From Ruditapes philippinarum (lineage: Eukaryota), in assembly GCF_026571515.1 (NCBI RefSeq), contig NW_026864055.1:124001-188000 (forward strand): 64,000 bases of DNA. The letters are read 5' to 3'. The position numbers and the translations under genes were made by a program. The notes below the pieces were generated by a model, which saw nothing but the letters and a program-made list of their open reading frames with translations, made no database searches and was not told the origin of the DNA. Shown one piece after another: positions 25,531 to 40,400 of the stretch (position 1 is the stretch's first letter; each line of letters starts with the position of its first letter).

Positions 25531-28500
25531 ATTATTTATTATGTTATGTGTATCAATAAAATAATAAACAGCCGTAAAATGTATCACCAAAACTTACAAA
25601 ATACTAAGTATGATAATGGTCTTTACTTCTTAATTTCCCTTAAAACACATCAAACATTCGGTTTTAAACATTTCTTTTTTTAAATATATTTTGTAGGTAG
25701 TATTCCAATAGAAAAAAATCCGTCAATGGTAATATTTTAAGAAACTGGACATAACGTTACAACGCCAATTTTATTAAATAGTCAATTAAAATAAAATAAT
25801 AATAGTGTATAGACAAACTATTTGTTAATTTAATACGCGTACATGTTAAACTAATTTCAATATTTGAAATATTACAGGCTTTAGAGAAACTGTTTTTACA
25901 TATATACGTTGCTTGAATATTTTTTACATATTACTTATTACAATTAATTTTCAATTTTTGCAAGACTATGTATGAAATAGTTCTAAAGGAAAACAGTAAA
26001 TAACCCTTCGTTTATAATGAAACAAAAAAAATCATGTTGAAATTTGCATTTATATTCAATTTGTCACAAAGAGAAAGATTTGTGTTTGTAATTATAGAAA
26101 CGTACATGTACATCTAAATACAAATTTAATGTATCTATGAAACGTTGGAAACTACACGAATGAACTGTATTAACTGTTACAGTAGTCACTTTTGTCGATA
26201 GAATAACTGGCTTAACAAAAGCTTTCTTTAACACTTTTGTTTAGTCATTTAAAATATATTACATGTATAACAAACGATTGTATTCATACTGTACATTTGT
26301 TAGATTACAATAAAAAAGGTTATTAATTGTTTGCTTATTTCTCGACAATTTCTTAAAACTTCAGCAAACAGTGTAACACTATTATTCATTTCTGCGTAGT
26401 TCAAAAAGTATTGCATTGAAATGTCATAAAAGAATAAATCTGAAAGGAATTTTTATATATTTCTTATATTAATTGAAAATAAAGATTTAACTTACAAAAT
26501 TAGTTCTATATCTTTCTCTTTTTCCACATACTATTCTTTTATTATCCGATATAATTCTTAGAGCTGTTGTATGAATACCATGAAACAAAATATTTAATAT
26601 TTCTCTCACAAACGTCTTTCATTCGAGCGCAAAGTATTCCATCTGACTGAATTCAATTTGAAAATCCAGTATCGCGTGTTCTCTGACACAAACTTCAATA
26701 ATTACCGGTAACCAGATAGTAACACCAGCTGCTGTATACACGTATCTATTATTATGTTTACAGATTGTCCAACCTATCGATAAACCCATAGAAGACACAA
26801 TCCCTATTACATTGAAATAAACAAATTGTATTCTGGTTAGACATTATTATAAACAAGCAAGCCTTATTTGGGTTTGATTTTTAAATAATTAAATGCTTGA
26901 CATACATTTGCATGTAGCAATAAACAATATATTCATTAGATAGAAGGAAATAACATAAAAGTTTGTTTGGTTTTATGCATCAATACGCTTAGCATTTTCG
27001 TGGGAACGGTATACACAACTGTCCACCCGCTTAGCCCAACAGAGAAAGCAACGAATTTGTCATTCAGGGATCGCTAGTTGGATCATCTGGCAAGTTGAAA
27101 CATATCCGTAACGATTGACATCAGACATTAGTGGCAATGGTCAATTGTCTCACACCTCTGCTAAAGAAATATCATTATGTGATTATTGGTCAGCCATTTG
27201 CGCATCTGACATCAGAGGCACACGATGACGTGAAGCAAATGTCAATATGTGAAGAACATTAAAAACATAAAAACAAACAAACATACTACTCACAAATGAC
27301 AAGCAATTAAGTAAAAAAATGAGGTTACACTTAGATAAATATTGGCTTCGTTCATCAACACCACTAGAAAGAAAAAAAGCAGATATCGTGCCTGAAGTAG
27401 ATGGCTGCAGAATATATTCTTTTCTCATGCTAAAATCTCTTTAATTGCAAATGAATTTCACAAATGTTACGGTCTGTTTATTGAATTCCGGAAATTAAAA
27501 CTGCTGATACTGATTTTAAGGATATTAGAATTCTAATTAGCTGCTGCAAACAACAAAGCTGTTCGTTTAGTCACGCTCAAAAAGAAGTTGTATTCTTAAG
27601 ACTGATAAGCAGAGTGAGCTTTGTGAATGTAATTTAGTATTAGATAGATTGTTCTGTACGCCCTGCTCTATATCCGGAATAATTATCTTGTACCATAAGT
27701 TTGATTTTTATTTGTCTGTTAACCTGTCATTAATATGTGCAACTTTTCTAGACTCTTGATTGGCAACCAAAGGACACCAAAAATGTATGATAACCATATT
27801 AAAGTATTCATACTGTGCTTCCGTTTTGATTGGTAATTAGCTCGAACAATGTAATTATTACACCTTTGTTATACATATTGTTCTTATAACTGCGCCTTTT
27901 TTGGGATATGTCGTTTATATTTTAATTTAAATGTTAGTTATAAACAATATATTCTTAATAATATATACAAGGATTGGCGGCGTTCAATAAATGCAACATA
28001 TTTTCATCATGCACATTTCTCTTAAAGATATTTTGGATATTTATAATATTAAATAATATATTCCCTAAATCTTAAATTTCTACCATGATCTAAGTTGGTC
28101 TTTTGTTATTGAACAAATACAAATTGTTATCGAAAACAAATATACTGCACGCAAATAAATTTTGCATCGAATAAAAATGTATTTGCTTACTTCATTGTAC
28201 ATATAAATCAATCGATTTCACGTTGAACTCAGCGTATTACACATATTACGATGGTAAAGCTGAAGAATAAAACAATACAAGCTGCGCGATGATCCAGCTG
28301 TTAATTTGCCTGTGTCCAACCCAGATTTATGCGTTCGAGCCCTACTCAAAGCCATATTTTTCTCATATGACGCAAGTACTAGTAAGTTAAATAACATTAC
28401 ACAAAAATGATCTTTACAATAAGCAATTGTTTCATTATCTTGCATATTACGCCAGCTATTTGCAGTGCAGAAGACAGCCCAAGTCAATAGCCCAAGTCAA

Positions 28501-28796
28501 TGACGTAAACTATCTCTTGTAAAAATACCGAATTCAGACTGAAAAAAATCTTTGATTTCAAATGTTTAATCACATTTCACTTAGATTGATAAAAGTGAGA
28601 ATATTTAAACGTAAATGCTCAGTTATTTCTGAATTTCCTCCATTATACATACGCCTGTGATTCGCAAGGTAAATAGTGAAATTCGTCGGTGGAAAATTGC
28701 TTCTATTCCTAGTGCACATCAATTTTGCTATGCGGTTCCGCTCAGGCGTGACTGTTAAAATTAAAATGATGCAGACCGGTTTAATTGAGACTTTAT

Positions 28797-31700
28797 GCCG
28801 CAAAAATCACACAAGTTCTGAATATATTTCGATCTTCAATAAAAACGTTCAGGTGTTGATAAGATCAAATGAAACTTTGTTTCAGGTATATTGTTTCAAA
28901 CATTGTCATGCCAAAGAAAAAGTTCTGCTTGTTTCGTATAGCTAATCATAAGCACAGATTTATGGATAGTTTCATTGTACTAAAGTCGTTTTTGAGTAAT
29001 TTTTACAATATACTATTTTCAAACACGAAAAATAACTGAAAATATGAACGCATAATCAAATACTTGTTCTTGTGATGTATATTAGTTACTTAAACGTCAT
29101 ATACCAAATAAGGTGAAAACAAACATATATCTATGTAAGTGTCATTTGAAGCTAAATCATCTAGTTGTATATTTTTAGCTTCAGGTACAGACTTTCTTGA
29201 TAAATATCAGACGTTATAACTTTATATCTAAAAAAGTCAAAATAAGATCGTAAGATATATTTAAAAACAGTGTATTCTTTAAGTCGCTCTTACAAAATAG
29301 TTTTGTAATAAGGAAAGCGTGTTTCCGTATGTTGAATTTTGTTATCATATACGATATTTATACAAGTGCAACTTTCTGCTATACACAGGCTGATAATTAG
29401 ACTAATTTCAAATTTAAATGAACCAAATAAGCTGACTGAACAATTAAATCAACATCCTGCAAGAATCAGTTTTAAACTGACAATGGCAAATTATTTACAT
29501 AATGTCATACATGTTACATGTAAACAATATTATTTTTATTACAGAAGTCAACCTTAATGGGGAATTGTTTTCAACATGAAATAAATCAACACCTTTTGTT
29601 TGAGTTTAACATAGTTTTAAAAAAATTATGAACACATCTGCGGATGTTACTAAATTCAAAATGTTACCATGTCATGTTTAAATGTTGAGTATCAAATGCT
29701 TACGTTTAAAGTAAAAGCTTTGAATACGTCTAAGCTTCATTTAAACAAATTAAAAGGCAAGAAAGGAATGGGTATTTTCAAGAAGAAACAATTGATGAGT
29801 TCCTTATATGTTTCTAAATTATTTTAGACAATTCAGTAGATTAGGGAAGAAAACTATGAATTCTCCTTAAAATAAAATTTAAAAACAAAACAAACACCTT
29901 TTAACATAACGTTGCCAAATGTCAGCTATGTTATGTCGCAAAAGTTTTGCGCAATAAATTGTATGTAAACGTCAACTTTCTAAAGTGCAATTGTTTTAAT
30001 GTATTGATCAAACATTGTGGTGGTCCAAGTAAACAGAGGTTTAACCATTTAGTTTACCTATTTTTTGTTTATCCAGTTATCTCAGTATGTCTATTTTCTC
30101 ACACCAATTTTAGTTAAAAATAATCGATTATTGTGAACCCATTTACCAATGTTTAGTCATTGGACACATAATTCTATTGTAGGTGTCCGTTATATATAAA
30201 AAATCGATTTATATTGTGTTTTTGTAAATTTTTAAAAGGCTTTTGATAAAATTACAGAAATGTCTTATGACTCAAATCATAATTGATTTTAGAGGTCTCC
30301 ACTAAGAGGAGGTTATTCCCTGCGGTCTGGAGACCGCAGGGTATTGGTACGCGTTTAACTTTTGAGGCATGGAGGAGCACGTGACCTGTTTTCGGTACAT
30401 GGAGGAGCATGTGATCTGTAAACCGTATATGGTTGGTTAATTGACCTTTTCGAAAACCCAGCTAAATACTGTTTGCCGGTACGTTACGGATTTAGCTGTA
30501 GTGAATTAGTCCGAATTATACATAATTGAGAACAAAAAAACTTTACGTATTATTTCTATTTTTCTATAATTATTTCTCTGTTTAAAGTAGAAAAACTTGA
30601 ATGATGTGTGTGAAATTGATCAATGTTTCTTTAATATCTATCTCAAATTTTACAAACAATAAATTGTTTATACTGAAAATCTACAAAATTGAAGTATTCG
30701 TAGTGTATTAGAGATAGAGATATTTTCTGCGCAAACTTGTGTGTTTACTTTATTTATTTTTTTGCTCGGAATTATTCATAAAATGGTAGGCCTATTAGAT
30801 TCTAATTTTAATCATTTTCTTAAACAGAAATAATTGTTTTATGTTCGACATTCTCCGGTCTTCAATGTTCACCAGTTTTCAAAGACCTTCTTCTATATTG
30901 ATAGGTTATTGTGAACTATATTCCTGATACAAACGTTTATTTACCCGCCCCCCCCCCCGCCAATAATGTTGAAAATAGTTAAATGAAATATCTTTATATC
31001 ATTAAAATGTTCACCGCAGGAAACCATTTTACTTGTTTTACCGATAGACAGGTGTTTTATTTTCTGTTTGTTGATGATAATAAAGAGTTTTTTGTGGCCT
31101 TCAGTTAGGTGATATCATATTTATGCTTTTACATTTGTGCTGGTGACATTGTTAATGTTATGATTAAAAAATCTAAATCATCTTTAGGTATAATTATGTA
31201 AACAACTAGAGTCTCAATGATAATATTAAAAAATAAAGGATTTGTTTGAAGTAGCCATAAATTCGTCTAATAAAGTTTTTTTGTAGCGGTCAATATTGTT
31301 TGTAAATGTGAAACAGTAGTGTTAGAAGTAGTGTTATTCACTAACTAGAAAACGTTAGTGGTGCTTACCATGTTAATTTTTGATACTGTGTCTTTGATGT
31401 AGAAGTTAATTGTATTGGTAGCAGTTGTGTAATTCCTGGCAATTTAATCGTCCAAGGTTAATATATTTCGTATTTACGAAATCTTATTCCTTAATCATAA
31501 ATTTGTTTCGTTTATACGTTGTTTTTTATGAAATCTTATTAAGTTTTAACGAAATATTATTTCGTTTTAACAAAATACTATTTTGTTATATAAAATGCGA
31601 TTTTGTTAAACGAATAAAACAGTGTCAAATGTGCCACTAAAGAGATACCGTGTTGTCAAAATATAATATCTGAATATATCTTCTGACATATAACAAAATT

Positions 31701-34700
31701 AATGTTTGAATAGTTATGGATCCTGGACACGACAAAACAATCAACATCATTCACTGATGTTATTACTGTAGAAAAATACTGAATATTCGTAACAATAAGG
31801 AAGTGTGACTGACTAACGTGTGATTCAAGTGTACTTCAATGATATTGAATCCCTCAGTATAACAAATTACAAAACAAATAAGAGTGTGTTTAAACAGTAA
31901 AATATATTTTCCAATTCGTCTAAGCGCATTATTGTCGCAAAGTGTAAGTCATTCTTGTAAAACGATTTATTGTATACTATTCTAGTAATTTTTATTAAAT
32001 AATATCTATAATGTTTAAAAAAAGTTCTTATAAAACATTATTTTGTATGTTGTATATATGGTAAGATCATAATATAAGTCAAATCATACGTAGGTCTGAT
32101 CCGTGAGTTTTAGGTATTAAATTAACGTTATAAAGCAATTTTTTTTTAATGAAAGGCATTAAAACGTATAAAAGTTAAAACCAACTATCATAAGTATTTC
32201 TGAATCTCTTTTATTTACAGCTTTTTAATTCAGTTCTCATAACTAAAGATAAATGACAACTAAAATGTTTTTTGTAAACTAAAACAAACTTGTTAGTTCT
32301 TACTACAACAAGTTAATATGCGTAATATCGTTAACTTTGATATGTACGCGTGTTGAAAATTGCATACTAGCCGCCGGTGTGCTAGTAGAAAATTTTGCAG
32401 TTTTTAGCTTTTATCGCCTTCCATAAACAATGTCAACAAACTTAGACGTATTCTAGCTTTTTGTTGATTGTTATGAATCTCTAGTTCTTAAAGATTTTAC
32501 GTTTTTTAGCGTATCTGATCAAATTACTATTACATTTTTGAACAAATATTTTTGCAGATAGCCGGAATGTGAGTTGTTTCTTTGTCTATACTTAATCTTA
32601 CAAAAAACAATACAATATTCAGACATATTTGACAATCTATTTAGCTACCACTTTTCTATTTTTCTTTAAATAGATAAACATCATTTTTCATTTTCCTTTT
32701 ACAGATGACAGTGAAACATAAGTTTCCAATTATCCATTAAAATTGTCATAAATCAAAGTCTCTTTCCTTTCTCCTTTTATTCATTACTTAAAAACGTATG
32801 TTTATCCTTGTTTTATCTAAGAACAACTTACAGTCACAGGTTTTGTTAAAGATTATTTTCAAATCTCACAAATGGTTGAAATATTATTAAGATATTTCAT
32901 TACTTTATTGTATTATTCTTATATATAACCGATCTATAAAATGGCTATATGAAAATAAAAATTCGAATTACTATATAATGTTAAAAGTCCTTTTTTTATG
33001 TACTGCATTACATAAAACCAATAAAGAAATCAATTTAAATGTTGCAAAAGCAAAATGTGGAATACATTTGCTTTTAAAAACTGTTTCTTCTATAATTATA
33101 ATAATAAATCAATAGATGTTTTACAATAGAGGACAGATACTTTAACTTCAAACATGAACAAAGAAACGGGTCGAATACTACGAAAAATGTATTCACCCTT
33201 TATTAGATTTCAAAATTATTTTTGAAACAACAATTTCACGAAATTTCCTCATCTCTTTTTACGATAAAGTATCTAGATGTACTTTTATCATCAGAACATA
33301 ACCATGCAACACTGTTCATCCCTTTCTTAATCTTTGAAGGGGGTGTAACACATAGCTAGGCAAATTAATCACAGACATACATCGTCTGCAATGGGTAAAC
33401 AGACAATACGATTGTATCAAGGATAAATCATTTGTCATTTAAAATAATTATCGTTAATTGAAGCAATGCATTAGTCAAGACAACAGCAGATCTCTGACTT
33501 TTCTCCATGAATATCAAGCTTTGGTGGGTAAGTTTTATCAAAAGCGTTCCATGATAGATGTGAATGGTTTAAAGTAATCGGAGAAATTGAACTTAGTTTC
33601 ATGCCAAAGTGTTGATATCAAAAAAGATTTTGTTCTCTATACAATCAATTATTTTGAATAGACTAGTCAGTCAATAAAATGTTCCAATGATACCAATTGC
33701 AATTTTCAATAAGCATTTTGTGAAAGTCATTATAACATGTCAATGCATGTGCTAAGTGCACAATCATTGTAAATTGGACAATGGGACAATGTCAATACAA
33801 GTTCGTTTTGTATTATAATCCTGATAATGGATTTATCATCAGTTCATACACGTGCTAATTTAAAGGCCGCGTGCCAATAAATATCATAATTCAATTAAAG
33901 TCTATGTCATTACTTTGGAATAATATCATATTATTTTAAATGTTAATAAAATATATTTTGAAAGCATAACGTTAGATATCATGTTAACGATACCTTAATC
34001 AGCATTGTACAAAATTGCTGTGGTTCTATTCATTGCAATCTTTCTAATTAGTTAATATAAACCTTTATTTTAGTCACACAATTTCGCAATTATTGGTATT
34101 ATACTACATACTTGTACAAAATAGTGTCAGTTATGTTAAATTCAAGTCCAGTTCCTGATAGCATTTGGCTTTCATGATTTAACAAAGCTTCTATAACGTA
34201 TCTAAGAAAGGACAATTCAGAAACTAAAAGCAATGTAATATTTACAAATATAAAAAATCTACTTTCGCAAAAGAGGTCGAACGAGATATCTTGTGCTAGA
34301 TTTAAAACAGTTGACACACAAAAATGAATTTATCATGTTCTGTGTATCAATAAAATGATAAACAGGCGTAAATTGTATCACCAGAATTTACACCAGACTA
34401 AGTATGATAATGGTCTTCTTATGCATATTACTTCTTAATTTCCGTTAAAACACATCAAGCATTTTGCTTTTAATATTTCCCTTTAATATTTTTTTTGGAA
34501 GAAGTCTTCCGATATAAAGAAATCTGTCAATAATAATATTTTGAGAAACTGGGCATAATGCAACCACGCTTATCTTTTTTGATAGACAATAAAAAGAACA
34601 TATAGTGATTAATTAAACATCTGTTTGTAACCCCAATACACGTATTTGTTAAACAAGTGTCAATATTTGAAATAATACAGACTTTAGAGAAACTGTTTTT

Positions 34701-36712
34701 AACTATATATGTTGCTTGAATATTTTTCTTTACAATTTTATTACAATTAATAAAAAAATACCATGTTGAAATTTGCATTTATATTCAATTTGTTACAAAG
34801 AGAAAGATTTATGTCTGTAATATAGAAACGTACATGTACATCTAAATACAAAAGGAACTTTATATATTTTTCATATTAATTGAAAATAAAGATATTACTT
34901 ACGAAAATAGTTCTATATCTATCTCTTTTTCCACATACTATTCTTTTATTATTCGATATATTGTTAAGAGCTGTTTTAGGAATACCATGAAACAAAATAT
35001 TTTCTCTCACATACTTCTTTCATACGAGCGCGAAGTATTCCATCTGACTGAATTCAATTTGAAAATCCAGTATCGCGTGTTCTCCGACACAAACTTCAAT
35101 AATTACCGGTAAATAGATAATAACACCAGCTGCTGTATACACGCTTTTATAATCATGTCTTCGGATTGTATAATATATCGATACAAGTCCTCCCTCGTTG
35201 TAGTAAACAATTTGTATTTTGGTCAGACAATATTTCAAACAATCTATTCTTACTGGAGTTGATTTTAAAAGTATTAAAATGCTTACATATACATGTATTT
35301 GCATGTAGCTATAAACAAAATATTTATAGGATAAGACGAAAGTTCATAAAATATCGGTTTTATGCAACAAGACGCTTAGCATTTTTGTGTGAGTAATGTC
35401 AGGCTGCACACACAACTGTCCACCCGCTTGGGCCAATAGCGAAAACAACGAATTTGTCATCCAGTGGTCGCTAGTTGCATCATCGAGCGAGGTGAAATGT
35501 CTCCATGACAACTGACATCAACTTGAATGGTCATGGTCATTTGTCTCTCACCTCCGCTTAAGAAACATCAATTGTGATTAGTGGCCGTCATTTGCGCAGA
35601 AATTGACATCAGAGACACACGATGACGTGAAGCAAATGTCGAAATATGAACAACATTGCAAACATAAAAACAAACATACATACTACTCACAAATGACAAG
35701 ACATTAAGCAAAAAATGAGGTTACACTCAGATAAACATTGACTTCGTTCATCAACACCACTAGATTGAAAAAAAACAACAACATATATCATGCCTGAAGT
35801 AGAGAGCTACAGAATGTATTCTTTTCTCATGCTAAAGACTTTTAAATTGCAAATGATTTTCACAATTCTAACGGTCTGTTTATTGAATACCGGAAATTAA
35901 AACTGCTGATACTGATTTAAAGGATATTAGAATTCTAATTAGCTGCTACAAACAGCAAAGCTGTTCGTCTAGTCACGCTCAAAAAGAAGTTATATTTTTA
36001 AGACTAATAGACTAATGTAAAATTCAATCTAGTATTATATAGATATCGGGACAAAAGAAAGTTAAAATTTTAAAATAAAAACTACGCGGATTCAGGTCTC
36101 TCTTTTAAAATTTACCAATGTGAAAGCATTTAGTTGTTCTTGTTGTTCTTGCACGCCCTGCTCTATATCCGGAATAAGTATCTAGAACCATAAGTTTGAA
36201 TTTCTATTTGTCTTTTCTTATACGGGCAATTTTTCTAGACTGCTTATTGGCAACCAAAAAAAAAGAACACCAGAAAATGCATCATTACCATGTGAAAATA
36301 TTCATATTGTGCTTCCATTTTGATTGTTAATTATCACGTACAATGTAGTTATGTCACCTTTGTTGTACATGCTGTTCTTAAAGATTCTTTTTTCGGATGA
36401 GTCGTTTTTATTTTCATTTAAGTGTCAGTTATAAACAATATATTCTTAATAAAATAAGATACACTAGGTCATCACAGAAAGGCGGCGTTAAATGAGCATA
36501 ACATATTTTCATCATGCACATTTCTCTATAAGATATTTCGTTTTTTTATAAATAATTCTTAAAGCTAAGTCGCTCCCATCTAAAATGGTCTTTGGTTAAT
36601 GTCAAAATACAAATTGATATCGGAAACAAATATACGCACGCAAATAACAAATAATGTTCTCCGCATTGAATAAAAAATTGTATTTACTTACTGCATTGTA
36701 CAAATAAATCAA
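28797..36712. repeat. ~8 kb tandem duplication, unit 4 (ends ~550 bp short of a full unit)
   Basis: Colinear. Homology stops after tgcattgtacaaataaatcaat at ~36712. Confidence 0.93.
30318..31035 (+). mobile_element. HINE-type non-autonomous element
   Basis: 5' perfect hairpin ccctgcggtct-gg-agaccgcaggg, 3' subterminal accgcagg (31013-31020), internal 21-bp direct repeat catggaggagca(c/t)gtga. Inserted in the T-run of gaggttatttcacc, which is empty in units 1 and 3. Confidence 0.8.
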
Positions 36713-37429
36713 TCTCAAAATCATTATCTCATGGAAACTGCAGAATGTACATCTATGCATACTGAATAACAGTTAACAAATATGTTCATGTTTTAAGACC
36801 CGTTTTGTGTTGGAGAGTAGCTTTAATGTGCATGCTACGTCCATAGAAACAATAAGCCTCAGAATAAAATATTGAAAGAGAATTTTGAAATTTGCGGGGG
36901 CAACCTATAATTTGACACTTGTGTGATATTCATTGTTATCGGTCTCAACGTCACATATGTTAAGGAATTTGCTGAAAATTATGTGACTCATATCTTAAAA
37001 GGTGTAAACTACTTGTTTTGTGTTGTTTTTTTTACTATTACTAATATTTGCCCGCCTTATTCTACAATTCTATGAGAACATTTAACGCTTTGTCAGCAAA
37101 AACAGTAAATGCTAGTCTTGTTACTCTCAAAACTTTATATTCAGACCTCTTTTGTGAAATAGTTAAGTACACCAGTCAATGCAACATCTCCCAAATACTT
37201 TTACTGATAATAACACTCTCAATTTTGTAATAATGTTAATATATTTGCTGCTTATTACTCTTGTTAGCTTCATTAGTTCATGAACAGTACTGAAATATGA
37301 AATATGAGTGAAATAAATTTATTTTTATTCATACAAGTATAAAAACTGCTTTAATATATTTTTCACAATATTTTCCATTTATATATACACATGGATATTT
37401 AACAATCACGATCGTCAAAGAAGAAACAT

Positions 37430-40400
37430 AAAGGTATGAACCACATCTGCAGCTTGGTTCTCCACGTATTTCCGTAAGTGCAATTTTCTGATATTTTGCT
37501 GATTCTATATTAATATCATGTTACCGTTTTCTATTTCCCAGACATTTATTCTAAATTATGTTATGTTTCATAACATAAATCTATTTTAATGAGACGGTGT
37601 TTTTCATATTAACAGATGGCATTTTATATATGATAATAAAAGACGATATAAAATAACAGAGTAGATGGTATAAAATGATTCCTTAAAGATTTTTTAAGTG
37701 TTTTTCTTTAATTTCCACCACTATGTCAACTGTAATGAAAATGCATTTTAATACAAGATAACTGTTAAATACATATACAGCTTAAAATTAAAAAAAAAAA
37801 CATTCATGGTTTGATTTGAATTTTTTTTAATAATTTACATTAATATCTGATGCACATTCTTGCAAAGGAAAATACGAGTATGCCTGCAATATTCATATAA
37901 TAGTTGTACCTTTGTTATCTTTATTAGAAGCTCGAACTTAAAATATTCGTGAGTAGTATCATTTCTTCACACATGTTTTAAATATTTTTGGATCAATAAA
38001 ACCTTAAAATACCTTCAAATTGATGTAGTTAACAATGCAATTGCTCGTTAAATTTCCTAACAACAAGCTCATTTCCTTTTCTGCATATAGCATTGTGCAC
38101 AAATTCGAATATAGGAAAATGCTCACGTAAAGATTTTGATTGAAATGCCATAATTTAGAATATATAAAATCAATAGTGACTTGATTGTGTCAAAGTTTAA
38201 GCTTTGTTCAAATTGTTTGCAACATCTTTTCATTTTATCCAAATATCAGTTTATTTTACATGTATATGAAATGTCTTACTTTGTGTTACTTGATATATTC
38301 ATATCAAGATAACAAAATAAACTATAAAGAAACATTACTCACTTTATCATTTAATTCCAGCACAAGTGTTTTTCCATCCAACTTAATCCAATTTGGAAAT
38401 ACACTGTCGAGTGTTCTGTGACATAAAGTTCAATAATTACCGGTTAAAAGATAGAAACAACAGCTGTTGTATACATGTTCACAGACTAATCAACATATTG
38501 ATAAACCAATCAAAGATACAGTAGTGTATCTCAATTTGTTTAAAAAACAATGCAAATCATTTAAATAACATACAGACTTGACCAACAGTGTATCGAAGTT
38601 GATACATCGATATCTACACACAATAACCTTGTTTTATTAGGAGGTAACCTGTATACGACAAAGCCTCCCTTAAAATAATTAATCGGACGACAAAGGAAAC
38701 ACACAAAGAAACATTACGAGTTTCTCAGTTTCCGAAACATTTCTCCAAGAAAGTTCATTAGAAATCGGAAATCAAAACTGCTATACAATGAAAGCGATAA
38801 TTATAGAAATTGAATAAGCAGGTGTATATATTGCCACACTCAAAATGGCGAAACGATTTGCAAAACAAATTGATGATACCACTGTTTTTCTTTTAAGTGT
38901 AATGCTTATAAACGAACAAAGCGAGTTTTCCTCCCTTTTTTTCTTTGCTTTGGAATTAGAAATTCTTTCATAAATTTGCCCTAAAGCACTAGGATATATC
39001 TTAATAAATGTTTCTCTATAGCCTGACATTTATTGCACTTAACCTGAAGAAACAACGGTTTCTTGTTGTTTTTTATGATACGTTTTCTCTCTCATTAAGA
39101 GAATATCATGCATCAAGGTACATGCAATAAAACTGCCACTATGTACTTGAACAAGAACAACTTGAAGTAGAACAAGTTTCTAAGACATATTTGACTACAA
39201 AAAAGCTGTTTTACCTTAAAATTGTGTGTCTTACATTAAAAAAATCAAGCATATATTGTACCTACTTAACGCCATAATGCATTTTTTTCTGTCACAATAT
39301 ACGACAATTCGAAAACATAGTTACGAATAATCAACATTTGTTGTACCTTAGCGTGCTTACTTTTACGCAGAAAAGATAACAAAGAAATTATATAGTGCAA
39401 AGAATGTCCAGTTGGTAATAATTTAAACTTACCATTAACATTCTCTTTTACCTTTAATGTAAAGTCACTTTGATACGCACATAGAAGTATATATACGGAT
39501 GGAAAAAATGGTATCTAAATACGCGACCTTTTTAAGCTATTATATTAAATATCTGGAATAACGACCAGTTGTTTATGATAATAAGGTGTAAACAGCTGTT
39601 CGTTCTGTCCACGTAAAGAGAACATATAGCTTATTGATAAAACGTTACAAAGACATGTTTTTATTAAAGGAACGTTGTGCCAGAAATCAATGTATCTTTT
39701 ACTTTTTTAGAAAAATAAAATATATTTGAATAATGAATTAGAGCATGAAAGATGTTAAACAGCTTATGAAAGAAGCACTGAACGTGCAGTTTTATGTCGA
39801 AAAAGAAATAAAATGTAAACAAAGTAGTAATTTGACAACCATACAAAATACTAATTAACTAAAATTATGCATATTGTCAATAGCGCTATGCTTGCAAAAG
39901 ACAGTCCATGTATATGACAAATGAGCACTTCTTTAAAAACTGTAACAAGACACTAAAAAATCAGTTTTTGAGCCTTTGTGACTTTAAGCATTGCTGTATC
40001 TTTGTTTTGTTGTTGTTGTTATCCTCATTTCTGTTATGCATTAACGATTGCAGTTATGATTTAAGAGTACTGACCTGTTAGTGTATATGTAATTGAAAGG
40101 CGGATAGATATGCCACTCGAGGAGGCCATATTGCCCTCTTACCCAACACTTTGACTTCAATAATTTGATTTTTTATCATTTGTTCACGACGTGACCAAAT
40201 TCTTTTTGTCTGATGTGATATCAATAGGTTTACAAATGTCAATATGAACACTTTAAATTCTGTGTGTTGACATTGTGTCTTCTATCTAACCCTTTCATTC
40301 TCAATACTTTTATTTGACAAACATGTATCATCATTCCCTTAATTTCTTTTGAACTAATAAAATCATATATGGGTGAACTATCATTTATTAAATTCATCCG

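Larger units (their letters stand above)
18377..28796. repeat. ~8 kb tandem duplication, unit 3 (plus 2.3 kb LINE insertion)
   Basis: Colinear with unit 1 once 19052-21336 is removed. Confidence 0.95.

Noticed and set aside
28676-28945. Plus-strand Delta/Serrate (MNNL-DSL)-like reading (SGVTVKI..LIE..FQVYC; also LKIQYRVFSD near 15600) with plus-strand GTAAGT sites at 18024, 28382, 55723 and 2567, 18666, 29135
   Set aside because: Resemblance is weak, motif order is inconsistent, frames are not conserved, and the minus-strand evidence is stronger. A frameshift-aware search of the consensus would settle it.
2229-36712. Tandem endogenous virus, Polinton or autonomous Helitron
   Set aside because: No polB, integrase, capsid, ATPase or Rep/helicase motifs and no terminal repeats recognised in the unit.
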